From NCBI GenBank assembly GCA_951813285.1, contig OX638355.1, forward strand, positions 2,373,136 through 2,437,135: a stretch of 64,000 nt of DNA, in the 5' to 3' direction. Under the pieces are notes generated by a model that saw nothing but the letters and a program-made list of their open reading frames with translations, was not told where the DNA came from and did no database searches. Positions 49,057-60,800 of this stretch are shown one piece after another (the stretch's first letter is position 1; each line of letters starts with the position of its first letter). This stretch comes from Terriglobia bacterium (GTDB taxonomy: Bacteria; Acidobacteriota; Terriglobia; Versatilivoradales; Versatilivoraceae). The translations under genes were made by a program, and so were the position numbers.

Positions 49057-49518
49057 ATGGGCCCCATCGGCGTACCCGAGTTGATCATCATTTTTGTGGT
49101 GGCGTTGCTGGTATTCGGGCCACGCAAGCTGCCTGAGTTGGGGAAATCTCTCGGTCGGGGACTCTCCGAGTTCCGACGCGCCTCCAACGAACTCAGAAAT
49201 ACCCTGGAGGAAGAGGTTCGCGCGGCTGAATACGAGCCTCCCCCTCCCCCTCCCCCGCCCAAGCTGGAAAAGCCGGCGGAAGCTGCAACTGCCGACCCTG
49301 CACCGGCCGTCGATACCGGGGAGGAAGCGGCGGCACCGACCTCTTCCGAAGCGGAAGGCGGTGATGTTGCGGCGGAAGCTGTCTCCGCCGAAGAGAAATC
49401 TGAAGCACCCTCCCAACCTTCAGAAGGCGACGCCGGCCAGGAGCCGGAGGCTGCGACAGCCTCCTCGGTCGGCTCAAGCTCGGAGCCCAAGCCTGAACCC
49501 AAGCCGGATGGACACTGA
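49057..49518 (+). CDS. tatA: Twin-arginine translocase TatA/TatB family subunit
   Basis: IGVPELIIIFVVALLVFGPRKLPELGKSLG. Confidence 0.9.
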   Translation: MGPIGVPELIIIFVVALLVFGPRKLPELGKSLGRGLSEFRRASNELRNTLEEEVRAAEYEPPPPPPPPKLEKPAEAATADPAPAVDTGEEAAAPTSSEAEGGDVAAEAVSAEEKSEAPSQPSEGDAGQEPEAATASSVGSSSEPKPEPKPDGH

Positions 49519-50278
49519 CCCAAGGGACGACAACGAGCTTGCGGCGACCGGCAAGATGTCCTTTTTGGATCATCTGGACGAGTTGCGCCGGCGCATCATC
49601 GTCGCCGTCGTTGTGGTGGGCATCAGTTTTGTTGCCTGCTGGATCTTTCACGAGAAAATCTTCGAGTTCCTGTCGGTTCCGATCACCCAGCACTTGGGGG
49701 ACCGCAAGCTCACCTATCTGCGCCCCACCGAGCCCTTCATGATCTACATGAAGGCTTCTTTCTACGCGGGGATCTTTCTGGCCTCCCCGCTTGTCCTGTG
49801 GCAGGTCTGGCTGTTCATTGCCCCCGGCCTCTATTCCCGGGAAAAGCGATACGCCATACCCTTCCTGCTTTCCTCCAGCATTCTCTTTATCCTGGGGGGG
49901 GTCTTCGCCTACTCGGTCGGCCTTCCCATGACCTTGAATTTTCTCACCGATTTCGGCCAGAACTTTGAGGAGATGGTGACCGCAACCTTCTACTTCGACT
50001 TCGCTCTGGTCATCATCCTGGGATGCGCCATCATTTTCGAAATTCCGATCGTCATTTTCTTCCTCTCCATCATGGGCATCACCAATGCCCGATTCCTGTT
50101 GAGGAATCTCCGCTACGCCGTCCTCATTATTTTCATTACAGCAGCCATCATCACGCCAACGCCGGACATCCCAACCTTGATGGTCTTCGCCGCGCCCATG
50201 CTCTTGCTGTACCTGGTAGGCGTACTGGTAGCCTGGATCTTCGGCAAAAAGCGCCTGAGGGGCGAGGATTCCGACTGA
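49508..50278 (+). CDS. tatC: Twin-arginine translocase TatC
   Basis: MSFLDHLDELRRR, PTEPF, FIAPGLY..E, FEIP, ITPTPD. Confidence 0.97.
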   Translation: MDTDPRDDNELAATGKMSFLDHLDELRRRIIVAVVVVGISFVACWIFHEKIFEFLSVPITQHLGDRKLTYLRPTEPFMIYMKASFYAGIFLASPLVLWQVWLFIAPGLYSREKRYAIPFLLSSSILFILGGVFAYSVGLPMTLNFLTDFGQNFEEMVTATFYFDFALVIILGCAIIFEIPIVIFFLSIMGITNARFLLRNLRYAVLIIFITAAIITPTPDIPTLMVFAAPMLLLYLVGVLVAWIFGKKRLRGEDSD

Positions 50279-50295
50279 GGTTCCTCCACCCCTTA

Positions 50296-50857
50296 CTTGA
50301 AACAAACGAAAAAAGACAAAAGAAAAAAAGAAAAAAGAGGAATCCACGAAGGGCCACTAAGGACGACGAAGGGCCACTAAGGCGTTGAGGTGAACCGCGA
50401 CGGGATACCACGGTCGCGAAGGGATGATCGATTTCCGATAGTTTCACTCTCGTATGATCCGCCCGGTACGGCGGGGGCTGGGCTCGCGGACAAACCGGAG
50501 TTTTCCAGAAGGCGACCGTCGGCTTTCAGAGAATTCGCCCGCCGGATGCCCTCCATCGCACCATTGGGACGACCCACCCGGGAGCGCGGGCGTCTCGCCC
50601 GCACAGGACTTGGCACCATTGTAACGATCCCCACAATGGCCGGTTTGGTGTACTGTGCGAGGAAGTGGCCCTGCATCGCAGGCTGTTTGCACCAATAAGG
50701 TTGCGGGCGGGACGCCCGCGCTCCCGGGTGGCATTCTCCCATGACGCCGTGACACCAACCTCACAATATTGCAGAAGCACCCGGGCGCCGCTCGTCATTG
50801 AAGGAGCTCCATCCCTATTCGCCCCCATTCGTGTTCATTGGTGGTTCGTCTTCATTG
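50296..50857 (+). repeat. Large intergenic composite repeat
   Basis: Near-identical to ~43493-44046. Confidence 0.92.
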
Positions 50858-50872
50858 AGAAACGACCAAGGC

Positions 50873-50962
50873 ATGCGGGCTTTGTGTGATCAGATCCGCC
50901 AGACGGCCTTCGACCTGCATGGAACTCTTCGTATCGGGCATCTCGAGAAGGCATACGATAAA
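50873..50962 (+). pseudogene. GxxExxY protein N-terminal fragment
   Basis: LCDQIRQTAFDLHGTLRIGHLEKAY, truncated at TTTTGTGCTTTTTGTGG; a lone IS-type TIR follows at 51068-51086. Confidence 0.7.
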
Positions 50963-51140
50963 TTCGTTTTGTGCTTTTTGTGGTTAGACAGCATTTTTCA
51001 CCAAGTCGCACCCGATATTGAAAAAGGCAGAACATCGCGTTTGCCGGCAAAATGACCTGCCCCGTTGCGAATTTTGCAAAAGGCTCCAGAGACAATCGGC
51101 TGTTTTTCCTCTGAAGGAGCCGCCCGCCCCGTGACCTGCC

Positions 51141-52535
51141 GTGGCCGACTCCTCCAGCACAGATCGGACGTCTTTTCGAACCCGCGTCAAGGGCAAGCCG
51201 ATCTTCAGGCGCCACCTCTTTATCAGCTCCGCTCTCTTTCTGGTGGTGATCGGGGCCATCGCCTTTTCGCTGATCGATTTGGCCAACCGCTGGGCAAGCG
51301 AGCGGGTGGAGCTTGTAATGGAGGCATTGCGCGACGATTTACAGGATCGGATCGAAAATCAAATCCGTCTTCTCGATCTGGAGCTGCCGGGCGCCGATCC
51401 TGCCGATGAACTTCGCCGCCGGCACCACATGGAAGGGTTTCTGGAGGAGTTGTTGGCCGGCAACGACCAGGTCGTCTACGTTTTTGCCCAGCATCCCCGG
51501 GGAGATCTGCTTTGGCGCCGCTTGCAGATGGGAAGGGAACTGGAACAGAGCCACTTTCCGGATCTCATTCTGTCCTCCAGGGCAAGGCAGGAAATCGCTT
51601 CGGTCAGCAGTCCCGGGAAGCGCATCACCGACTGGGTCGAACCGGTGGTATCCGAGGGTCAAGTGAGGCTGCTTATCCATTTCGGTTTCGACAACACCCT
51701 GATTGCCGGCCGGGTGGCTGAAGACCAGATCCGGATCAACCGGCAGATTCTGATGGCCTCCTCGGTGGTGCTGGCGCTACTGCTGGTGGCCTTGTTTTAT
51801 GTGCTCTGGCTGCTCAAGCGAGCCCAGCTGATCGAGGCCGAAGCACACACGGCCGACCGGCTGGCAGTGCTGGGGACGCTGGCCAGCGGATTGGCCCATG
51901 AGATCCGGAACCCTTTGAGCGCCATCAACCTGAATCTGCAGATGATCGAAGAGGAAGTTTCCGAGTCTCCTACGTATTCCGGAGAGATGGCCCAACTACT
52001 GGCCGGGGCCAAGTCCGAGATTCGGCGGTTGGAGCGGTTGGCGCGCAATTTCCTGGTGTACGCCAAACCCTTGAAGCTGGATCGACAGGTGGTTTCGCTG
52101 CCCCAGGTCCTGGATCAGGTGGTCCAGCTTGTGGCCAAGGAATGTGACAGAGCAGGAATCGAGCTGGTGAGGCAGGATGGACCGGGGGTGCTGGAGGTTC
52201 GGGGAGACCGCGACTTGTTGCAGCAGGCCTTGATGAACCTGTTGGTCAATGCCAGGGAATCGGTCCTGGCCAGTGGGGATGGACCGCGCCGAATCTCAAT
52301 GGGGGCCAGGCGGGAGTCGTCGGGCCGTTTGGCGGTGTGGGTTCGCGATAGCGGTACCGGAGTCTCGGAGGAGGAATCCGGCCGGCTCTTTGACCTCTTT
52401 TATTCGAGTAAGCGCGGCGGGACGGGTTTGGGCCTGCCCATAGCCCAACGGATCGTGGAAGCCCACGGCGGGCGGCTGGAATGGAAGAATTGTGATGGTG
52501 GAGGGTCGGAGTTTTCGATGCGCTTCGACCTCTGA
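51141..52535 (+). CDS. Membrane sensor histidine kinase (NtrB-like)
   Basis: Two TM segments, LAHEIRNPL, NLLVNA, DSGTG, GTGLGL. Confidence 0.95.
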   Translation: MADSSSTDRTSFRTRVKGKPIFRRHLFISSALFLVVIGAIAFSLIDLANRWASERVELVMEALRDDLQDRIENQIRLLDLELPGADPADELRRRHHMEGFLEELLAGNDQVVYVFAQHPRGDLLWRRLQMGRELEQSHFPDLILSSRARQEIASVSSPGKRITDWVEPVVSEGQVRLLIHFGFDNTLIAGRVAEDQIRINRQILMASSVVLALLLVALFYVLWLLKRAQLIEAEAHTADRLAVLGTLASGLAHEIRNPLSAINLNLQMIEEEVSESPTYSGEMAQLLAGAKSEIRRLERLARNFLVYAKPLKLDRQVVSLPQVLDQVVQLVAKECDRAGIELVRQDGPGVLEVRGDRDLLQQALMNLLVNARESVLASGDGPRRISMGARRESSGRLAVWVRDSGTGVSEEESGRLFDLFYSSKRGGTGLGLPIAQRIVEAHGGRLEWKNCDGGGSEFSMRFDL

Positions 52536-52567
52536 AAAAAAAGCCACCGGAGCAGGCTCCGGTGGCT
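52535..52567 (-). terminator. Rho-independent terminator after groEL
   Basis: AGCCACCGGAGC/GCTCCGGTGGCT stem with A-run (U-tract on the minus strand). Confidence 0.85.
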
Positions 52568-52588
52568 CTGAGCTTTCTGGTGCCGGCG

Positions 52589-54211
<1,623 letters not shown>

Positions 54212-54280
54212 TCATTCCTCCATGTTTTTCGTGGGTTGATCTATCGAGGCCGGATTGGCCCGGGGGGACGCCACGGCCTG

Positions 54281-54577
54281 CTAGCCGGCGTCCGCAAGGA
54301 TACCGAGGACCTCGTCTTCCCTCAGGATGAGGTATTCCTCACCTTCAATCTTGATGTCGGTGCCCGAATATTTGCCGAATAGGATGCGATCGCCTTCTTT
54401 GACCTCCAAGCTCAAGCGCGTGCCATCGTCCAGGATCTTTCCGTTTCCAACCGCCGCCACGATCCCCTCCTGGGGTTTCTCCTTGGCGGTGTCGGGAATG
54501 ATAATCCCACCCCTGACGTTTTCAGTCTCCTCGATGCGCCTGATCAGTATCCGGTCGTGGAGCGGTCTGACCTTCAT
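54281..54577 (-). CDS. groS: Co-chaperonin GroES
   Basis: [23 protein letters not shown]. Confidence 0.99.
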   Translation of the reverse strand: MKVRPLHDRILIRRIEETENVRGGIIIPDTAKEKPQEGIVAAVGNGKILDDGTRLSLEVKEGDRILFGKYSGTDIKIEGEEYLILREDEVLGILADAG

Positions 54578-54632
54578 ACCGGGATCTCCTTTCTATTCCA
54601 AGTGTGACCAGTCTCAGTTCGGATCGGGGTTG

Positions 54633-54687
54633 TTAGCACTCCAGATCCGAGAGTGCTAATAATAGGAACGGGTCCCTACCGAGTCAA
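54633..54687 (-). promoter_or_regulatory. CIRCE operator (HrcA) and sigma70 promoter of groESL
   Basis: TTAGCACTC-N9-GAGTGCTAA at 54633-54659; TTGACT-N17-TATTAT on the minus strand. Confidence 0.95.
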
Positions 54688-54921
54688 GCGTTTTTTGGGT
54701 GGCCCGGCTTTTTTTCGGGGCTGGGAGCGGTTGGAGGCGGAAAGCTTTTTCTGCAGGGTGTTGCGGTGGATTCCCAACCTGTTGGCGGCCTGGGTCCGAT
54801 TGCCCCCGGTTCGTTCTAAACACTTCATGATAAACTGTTTTTCAAATTCCTTGGTGGCTTCTTCAAAGAGTAGTCCGCGATCCAGCATCTCGGAGATCAG
54901 GCGGTGCAGTTGGTCTTTCAC
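54676..54921 (-). CDS. Small Fis-type HTH protein
   Basis: FEKQFI..CLE.TGGNRTQAANRLGIHRNTL. Confidence 0.85.
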   Translation of the reverse strand: MKDQLHRLISEMLDRGLLFEEATKEFEKQFIMKCLERTGGNRTQAANRLGIHRNTLQKKLSASNRSQPRKKAGPPKKRLTR

Positions 54922-55060
54922 GATCGAATCCCCATCAGTTTGCTGGGCCGCGCCTCGGAATCGCCTTGAGACCCGGCTACTTTCCCGACCCACGGGCTCA
55001 AAGTGGCTCGGCGCCTTACTCCCGGTTGAAAAGGACCCTGCACAGACAGCCAAACACGGC

Positions 55061-55627
55061 CTATGCCTCCTCTTCGCTCGCCGGCTCGGACTGTTCCCGC
55101 CAGAATCTCTCCACTTCGCCGTAGCCTTCCATGAATCGATCCTTCAGCGACTTGGGGGTGACCAGGATCAGGACACGGGCGCTGACCAGCAGGAAGGGAG
55201 CCAATCTGGCTTCCTGGATGCTGGCCAGTTTCACCGGGAAGGCCGTCAGGAGCAGAACCATGACGGCAGCGATCATCCACCCCCGAATCAGGCCGAAGGC
55301 AGCTCCCAGCAGGCGATCGAACCACTGCAGGTGAGCCACTCGCACGAATTTGTGGACGAAGGAGGAGACGAGGGCGCCTGCAATCAGACACCCGCAAAAT
55401 ATCGTCACAAAACCCAGGATGGCGGCCAGGTCCTGGCCGCTGACGAGCTGAAGAAAAAAGCTCGCGGTCATGGGGTAGAACCAGGAAGCCAGCACGATTC
55501 CAACCACGACCGACCCCAGAGAGATGGACTCTCGGGCGAAGCCCTTCAGGAGACTGCCCAACACGGAGACAAACACCACCGCCAGGATGACCCAGTCGAG
55601 GGAGTTCAGGTCGTGGAGAGGCTCCAT
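55061..55627 (-). CDS. cvpA: CvpA family membrane protein
   Basis: LDW..GFARE, DRLLGAAFGLIRG. Confidence 0.9.
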   Translation of the reverse strand: MEPLHDLNSLDWVILAVVFVSVLGSLLKGFARESISLGSVVVGIVLASWFYPMTASFFLQLVSGQDLAAILGFVTIFCGCLIAGALVSSFVHKFVRVAHLQWFDRLLGAAFGLIRGWMIAAVMVLLLTAFPVKLASIQEARLAPFLLVSARVLILVTPKSLKDRFMEGYGEVERFWREQSEPASEEEA

Positions 55628-55631
55628 CCAA

Positions 55632-56516
55632 TCAGCCCTTCCTTTCCATCAACTCTTCAATCATCTCTCTGCCGCGGGCCTTGACGGAGCCGATACTGAC
55701 GTGGGGTTTGACTCTTCCGTGAAAATCCGAGCCCGCGGTCCTCACCAGATCCCAGCGGGCCGCCCAGTCCGCGAAACGTCGAGTGGAGCGGGGCTCATGG
55801 TAGGAGGAATAGACCTCCAGCCCCGCCAGCCCATGGGCGACAAGAGTCTGCAGAACACTCTCGTCAGCCTCGTAGCCGGGAGCCCCCGGGTGGGCCAGCA
55901 CGGGAACACCCCCCGACCGGCGGATCAACTGCAGGGCTTCCAGGGTTCCCAGCCTCTCCATTTCGGCGAAGGCGGGTTTCCCCCGGGCAAAGAAGTCTCG
56001 ATAAAAGGCAATGATCCCTCGAGCGGATTCATTCCCATGGAGATAGCGGTGCAACCTGGGGGACTCATGGGATTCGGGTTTTGCCAGAAGGATTTGAACA
56101 ATGGCCGGGCCGGTCGGTATCGGGTTGCCGGACCCTCGGATGACCTCCTCAAAAGTAATGTCGAAGCCCAGATCCCGAAGCCGGTCAACCCTGACTTTCG
56201 CCTGTTGGCGTCTTCCCTCGGCCAAGCCCTGAAGCTTTGATTGCAACTCGGCAGACTGGAAATCGACCAAGGGAGCCAGCACATGGAACTTGCGGGTCCC
56301 GTAATGGGTGCTGATCTCGACGTTCGGGTAGAACTCGAGGGGAAATTCCCGAGCCAGCTGCGTCCCTTCGGCCATGGCCGCCACCGTATCGTGGTCGGAG
56401 ATGGCAATACCGGCAAGGCCGGCCTCGCAAGCCATTTCAAAGAGAAGCCGGGGGGGATGGTCGGCGTCGCTGGAGTAATTCGAGTGAATGTGCAGATCGT
56501 AGAAGCTGGCCCGCAT
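55632..56516 (-). CDS. PHP domain protein
   Basis: DLHIHS, AISDHDT, VEIS, LAHPG, GSDFHG. Confidence 0.93.
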   Translation of the reverse strand: MRASFYDLHIHSNYSSDADHPPRLLFEMACEAGLAGIAISDHDTVAAMAEGTQLAREFPLEFYPNVEISTHYGTRKFHVLAPLVDFQSAELQSKLQGLAEGRRQQAKVRVDRLRDLGFDITFEEVIRGSGNPIPTGPAIVQILLAKPESHESPRLHRYLHGNESARGIIAFYRDFFARGKPAFAEMERLGTLEALQLIRRSGGVPVLAHPGAPGYEADESVLQTLVAHGLAGLEVYSSYHEPRSTRRFADWAARWDLVRTAGSDFHGRVKPHVSIGSVKARGREMIEELMERKG

Positions 56517-56564
56517 TTCTCACCGGGGGGAGTGACAATGGCGCTGGATTTTTTCCTTCAGCGC
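56508..56564. repeat. Truncated copy of the leuS-leader MITE
   Basis: Aligns with 32711-32767; contains the PHP gene ATG. Confidence 0.8.
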
Positions 56565-56691
56565 GAAAATAGAGGCTGAAAGCTGTCATGAACAGGGAAG
56601 AGGCCCTTGTTCAATCGATTATGCGGTTAACTGGTGGGAACACACTTCATCGGCAGGCCCCGTACTCCTCTGCAGGGCCAATTCCCGGCAT

Positions 56692-57591
56692 TCAGCCATC
56701 CAGTTTTCTCCCGGTGAGGCGCTCGAAAGCATCCATGTACTTTCGGCTGGTTGCCTCCACGACCCAGTCGGGCAGCTCGGGCGCGGGGGGCTTCTTGTCC
56801 CACTGAATTTCTTCCAGGTAGTTCCGTACGAACTGCTTGTCGAAGGGCTGCTGGGGTTTTCCGGGCTGGTAGTCGGAAGCCAGCCAGAACCGCGAAGAGT
56901 CCGGAGTCAGGACCTCGTCGATCAGAATGATGTCGCCCTGGTAGGTGCCGAACTCGAACTTGGTGTCGGCGATGATGAAGCCCTTGGAAGCCGCGTAATC
57001 GCGAGCCTTGCAGTAGATATCCAAACTGATATCACGAAGGCGCTCCGCCGTGTCCTGCCCGACCAGGTCCACCATCCGCTCAAAGGAGATATTTTCGTCG
57101 TGACCAGTGGTGGCCTTGGTGGCGGGAGTAAAGAGAGGTTCCTCCAGACGGGCCGATTCGGGCAGTCCGGCCGGCAGCCCGATGCCGCAGACCGACCGGG
57201 ACTGCCGGTACTCCTTCCAGCCCGATCCGGCCAGGTAACCCCTGACCACGCATTCCACCGGAAAGACCTCCGATTTCTTCACCAGCATGGATCGTCCGGC
57301 CAGCACCCGGGCATAGGGCTGAAGATCGGCTGGGAACTCCTCGACCCTGGCGGTCACCAGGTGGTGGGGAACGATTTCGCCGATGCGCTCGAACCAGAAG
57401 AGCGACATCTGGGTCAGGATACTTCCCTTGTTGGGAATGCCGCTGGCCAGCACGTAGTCGAAGGCGGAAATTCTGTCGGTGGCGATGATTAGCAGGTGGT
57501 CCCCAATCTCGTAAATGTCACGGACCTTGCCTCTGCCGACCAGATGATGATCGGGTAAATTCACCTCGGTTTGCAGGCTCTCTTCGGCCAT
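56692..57591 (-). CDS. purC: SAICAR synthetase
   Basis: GKVRDIY, TDRISAFD, ADTKFEFG, DEVLTPDSSRFW. Confidence 0.98.
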   Translation of the reverse strand: MAEESLQTEVNLPDHHLVGRGKVRDIYEIGDHLLIIATDRISAFDYVLASGIPNKGSILTQMSLFWFERIGEIVPHHLVTARVEEFPADLQPYARVLAGRSMLVKKSEVFPVECVVRGYLAGSGWKEYRQSRSVCGIGLPAGLPESARLEEPLFTPATKATTGHDENISFERMVDLVGQDTAERLRDISLDIYCKARDYAASKGFIIADTKFEFGTYQGDIILIDEVLTPDSSRFWLASDYQPGKPQQPFDKQFVRNYLEEIQWDKKPPAPELPDWVVEATSRKYMDAFERLTGRKLDG

Positions 57592-57702
57592 GGGATTGCA
57601 CGCTCTCCTTTCGTTTGGGAGTGTCAGGCGGGTATAGGGGGGAGACCCTTGAACCAGCCCGTGGCTTTCGGCTTGCCCGGATTTTTCCAGCAGAAGGTGG
57701 CC

Positions 57703-57730
57703 ATTCTAGTACAACGGGGACGCTTGTCAA
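57703..57730 (-). promoter_or_regulatory. Sigma70-type promoter for purC
   Basis: TTGACA-N16-TAGAAT. Confidence 0.6.
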
Positions 57731-57807
57731 GACCCATGTGAAAACCCTGTCCATAGCGTCTGAAAACCCGGGTGGAACCCATGGCAGGACGGCCGGCGGC
57801 AGGGGAA

Positions 57808-60800
57808 TCAGTTCATCCGGACCGAGACCAGTTTGGACACGCCGGCCTCTTCCATGGTCACTCCGAAGAGGGCGTCAGCCGCCTCCATGGTCCGCTTGCT
57901 GTGGGTGATGAGCACGAATTGGGTCTCACCGCTCATGGACTTGATCTTCTGGGAGTAACGCCCCAGGTTGACGTCGTCCAGCGGAGCGTCTACTTCGTCC
58001 AGGACGCAAAAGGGGCTGGGTTGGTAGCTGAATATGGCCAGCAGGAGGGCGATGGCGGTCAAGGCCTTTTCGCCTCCCGAGAGCAGCAGCACATTCTGCA
58101 ATCGTTTCCCCGGAGGCTGGGCCACGATTTCGATCCCCGTCTCCAGAGGATCCTGAGGATCCAGCAATTTCATTTCGCCCCGTCCGCCGCCGAACAGCTC
58201 CCGAAAGCTTTCCCTGAAGTTCAGGTTCACCGCATCGAAGGCTTGCTGAAACTGCTCGCAGGAAACCTCATCGATCTCGCGGATGGCAGTGCTGGTGTCC
58301 TCTATGGAATCGAGCAGGTCCTGACGTTGCCGGTTGAGGAAATCGAACCGTTGCTCGCATTCCTGGAATTCCTCCAGGGCCATCATGTTGACCGGTCCCA
58401 TGGAATCCAGGCGGTTCCTGAGGCGGAGGTATCGTTCCTCCGATTGCCGATAGTCTTCCTGGTTGAATTCGCCGGCCTCCTCCACCTGAAGCGATTCCAG
58501 GGTTTCCCCCAGCTCCTGGCGGCAGGATTCCTCCAGATGGGAGTGGTCGGAGGCGAGTCTGGCCCGCTCGACCTCGGTTTGCGTCCTACGGTTCCGTAGC
58601 TCGTCCAGTTCCAGACGCCACCCTTGCAGCTCTTCTTCCAGTTGTGCCTGGACCCTTCGGGACGCCTCCATCCGACCTTCCCCGATCCGGATCTCCGCCT
58701 CCAGAGAAGCGCGTTTGACGGCTCGATTGAAGACGGTCTTTTCCAGTTGTCGAACCGAGGTCTGGATCTCCAGGCTCTGGGCGGTCCACTCCTCTCGCTG
58801 GGCGTTCAGCCTGGTCCCGCGTTGGAGGCAATCTTGCAGGCTGGCTTGAACCCGTTCCCGGTCGGCCTCGGTAGCGAGCTTGCGCTCGCCGCATGCGGCC
58901 AGCTCCGAGCCCACCTGGCTGAGCTGCTGCGAATGGTGCAGCCATTCGTCCCTCAAGCGCCGCCAGTCGGCCTGAATCGAGTCGATGGACTGGTCCACCT
59001 CCGTCTTGCGTGCTGCGGCCCGCGTGATTTCCGATCGGGATTGGAGGAGGCGCTGGTCGATTTCCGACCGCTCTTGAGCCAGGTTCCGGATTTCCCCGGA
59101 GACTTCCCGCTCCCTATGGCTGAGGCGTTCGAGCTCGCCGGCGAGGGTCTCGAGTCGGTGGTTGGAGCCTACCAGCTCCTTTTCCAGTTCCTGCACCTGC
59201 CGGTTCACCCGGGTCAGCTCCTGCTCACGGGCTTGCACCGACCGATCCAGGTCCTGGAACCGTTCGTCCAGCAACAGCAGGTCCCGGCGGGCCGATTCGA
59301 GCCGCCGGTCCAGTTCGCGGATCTCTCGCTTCAGGGAGAGGTGCCCGCGCTGGTCACCGCTGCCGCCGGAAATGAGCTGCCCTCGAAACGCCTCGCCCTG
59401 CGGCGTCAGCACCGTCAACTTCGGATGGGCTTGAGCGATCTCCAGGGCTGCCTGATAGCCGGGGGCAATGAGGCTGTGGAACAGATGGGGGAGGGCGGAG
59501 CGAAGCCCCTGGCGATGGCGGGGCGGCACACGGATGACGCGGCTCATCGGAATGAGCCGCGGGTCTCGAGCCGCCAGATCCTGGATCAGGACGTCAAGGG
59601 TGTCGGCGGCCGGGTCGGAGGCGCCGTTGCCGGCGACCAGAAAGGTGGATCGGCCGGAGCCGCTCTTGCGCAGCAGATCGATGCCTTCCCGCGCATTGGA
59701 CGTAGAATCGACCAAGAGAAATTCGAGCTCCTGACGCACAAACTGTTCCACGGTCCGCTCGTGCTCGGTGTCCACCTCCACCAGATCGGCCAGGATCCCG
59801 TGGGTCCGAAACTCGGCCCCCCGGGACCGGTCGGCCACCGACAAGAGTGTCCGCACCGATTCGGCACTGTAGGCATGGTGCGCAGCCAGTTCCTTCAGGG
59901 ACTGGAGCCTTTGATCCTGCGCACTGAGCTCTTCCCGCTTCTCGGCCACCTTCTGCCGGGCTCGAACCAGCTGCTCCCGTTCCCGGTTGACTTCAACCGA
60001 GAGTGCTTCGACCCTGCCGGCCAACTCACGCAGCCGCGTTTCCTCCCGGGTGTGCCGGCTGCCGGCGCTTTCGCGGGTGTCCGCCAGGTTCCGGCGATCT
60101 CGGGATGCCTGTTTGTGTTCGTTTTCCAGGCGAACGGATTGCAAGCCCAGCTGCTTTTCGTGCTCCTCCAACTGGATGACGGCGCTGCCAAGGGTGGTCG
60201 CTCGACCCAGTAATTCCAGTTGTTCCGACCGCAGCCGGTCTCCCGAGACTTCCAGTTCGCCCAGCTTGTTCTGCCGTAGTTCCTGTTCCCGATTGCGGGC
60301 GTCGTACTGTTCCTCCAGCCTGTCGAACTGCCGGGTCACCTCCTGGAGGGACTGCCGATGTTCGCGGGCTTGCACCTGGTATTGCTCCTCCTGCTCCTTG
60401 AGCAGCTGGAGCTCCAGGGCATTTTCGCGAGACCGGACTCCCAGTTGGTCGAACCGGTCTTTCTGATGCTGAATCGTTTGCTGGTCCCTCTGGTTTTCCA
60501 TCTGCAACCGGGACAACTGTTCGCGTTGCCCTTTCAAGGCGGTCTCGGCCTCGAAGAGGGCGTCGTTTTCCCGACGAAAATGGGCTTCCCGCTCGTCGAT
60601 GAAGCGCTGTTTCCGATCGACCTGGTCCTGGAATTGCTCGAATTTTTCCGATACCTGGCTCAACTGGGCCTTCAGACGACGGGCCCGGGCGGAGAACAGG
60701 CTTCTGGAGAGATTCCGGGCTTCCAGGCTGAGCTCCCGGTAACGGCGGGCCTTGGCAGCCTGACGCTTGAGAGCATCCAACTGGCGGGAAACCTCCTCGG

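Noticed and set aside
57592..57700. Riboswitch (ZTP or c-di-GMP-I) in the purC leader
   Set aside because: Only short motif resemblances (AAAGCCACGGG, CCCGCCTG); the required stems could not be built
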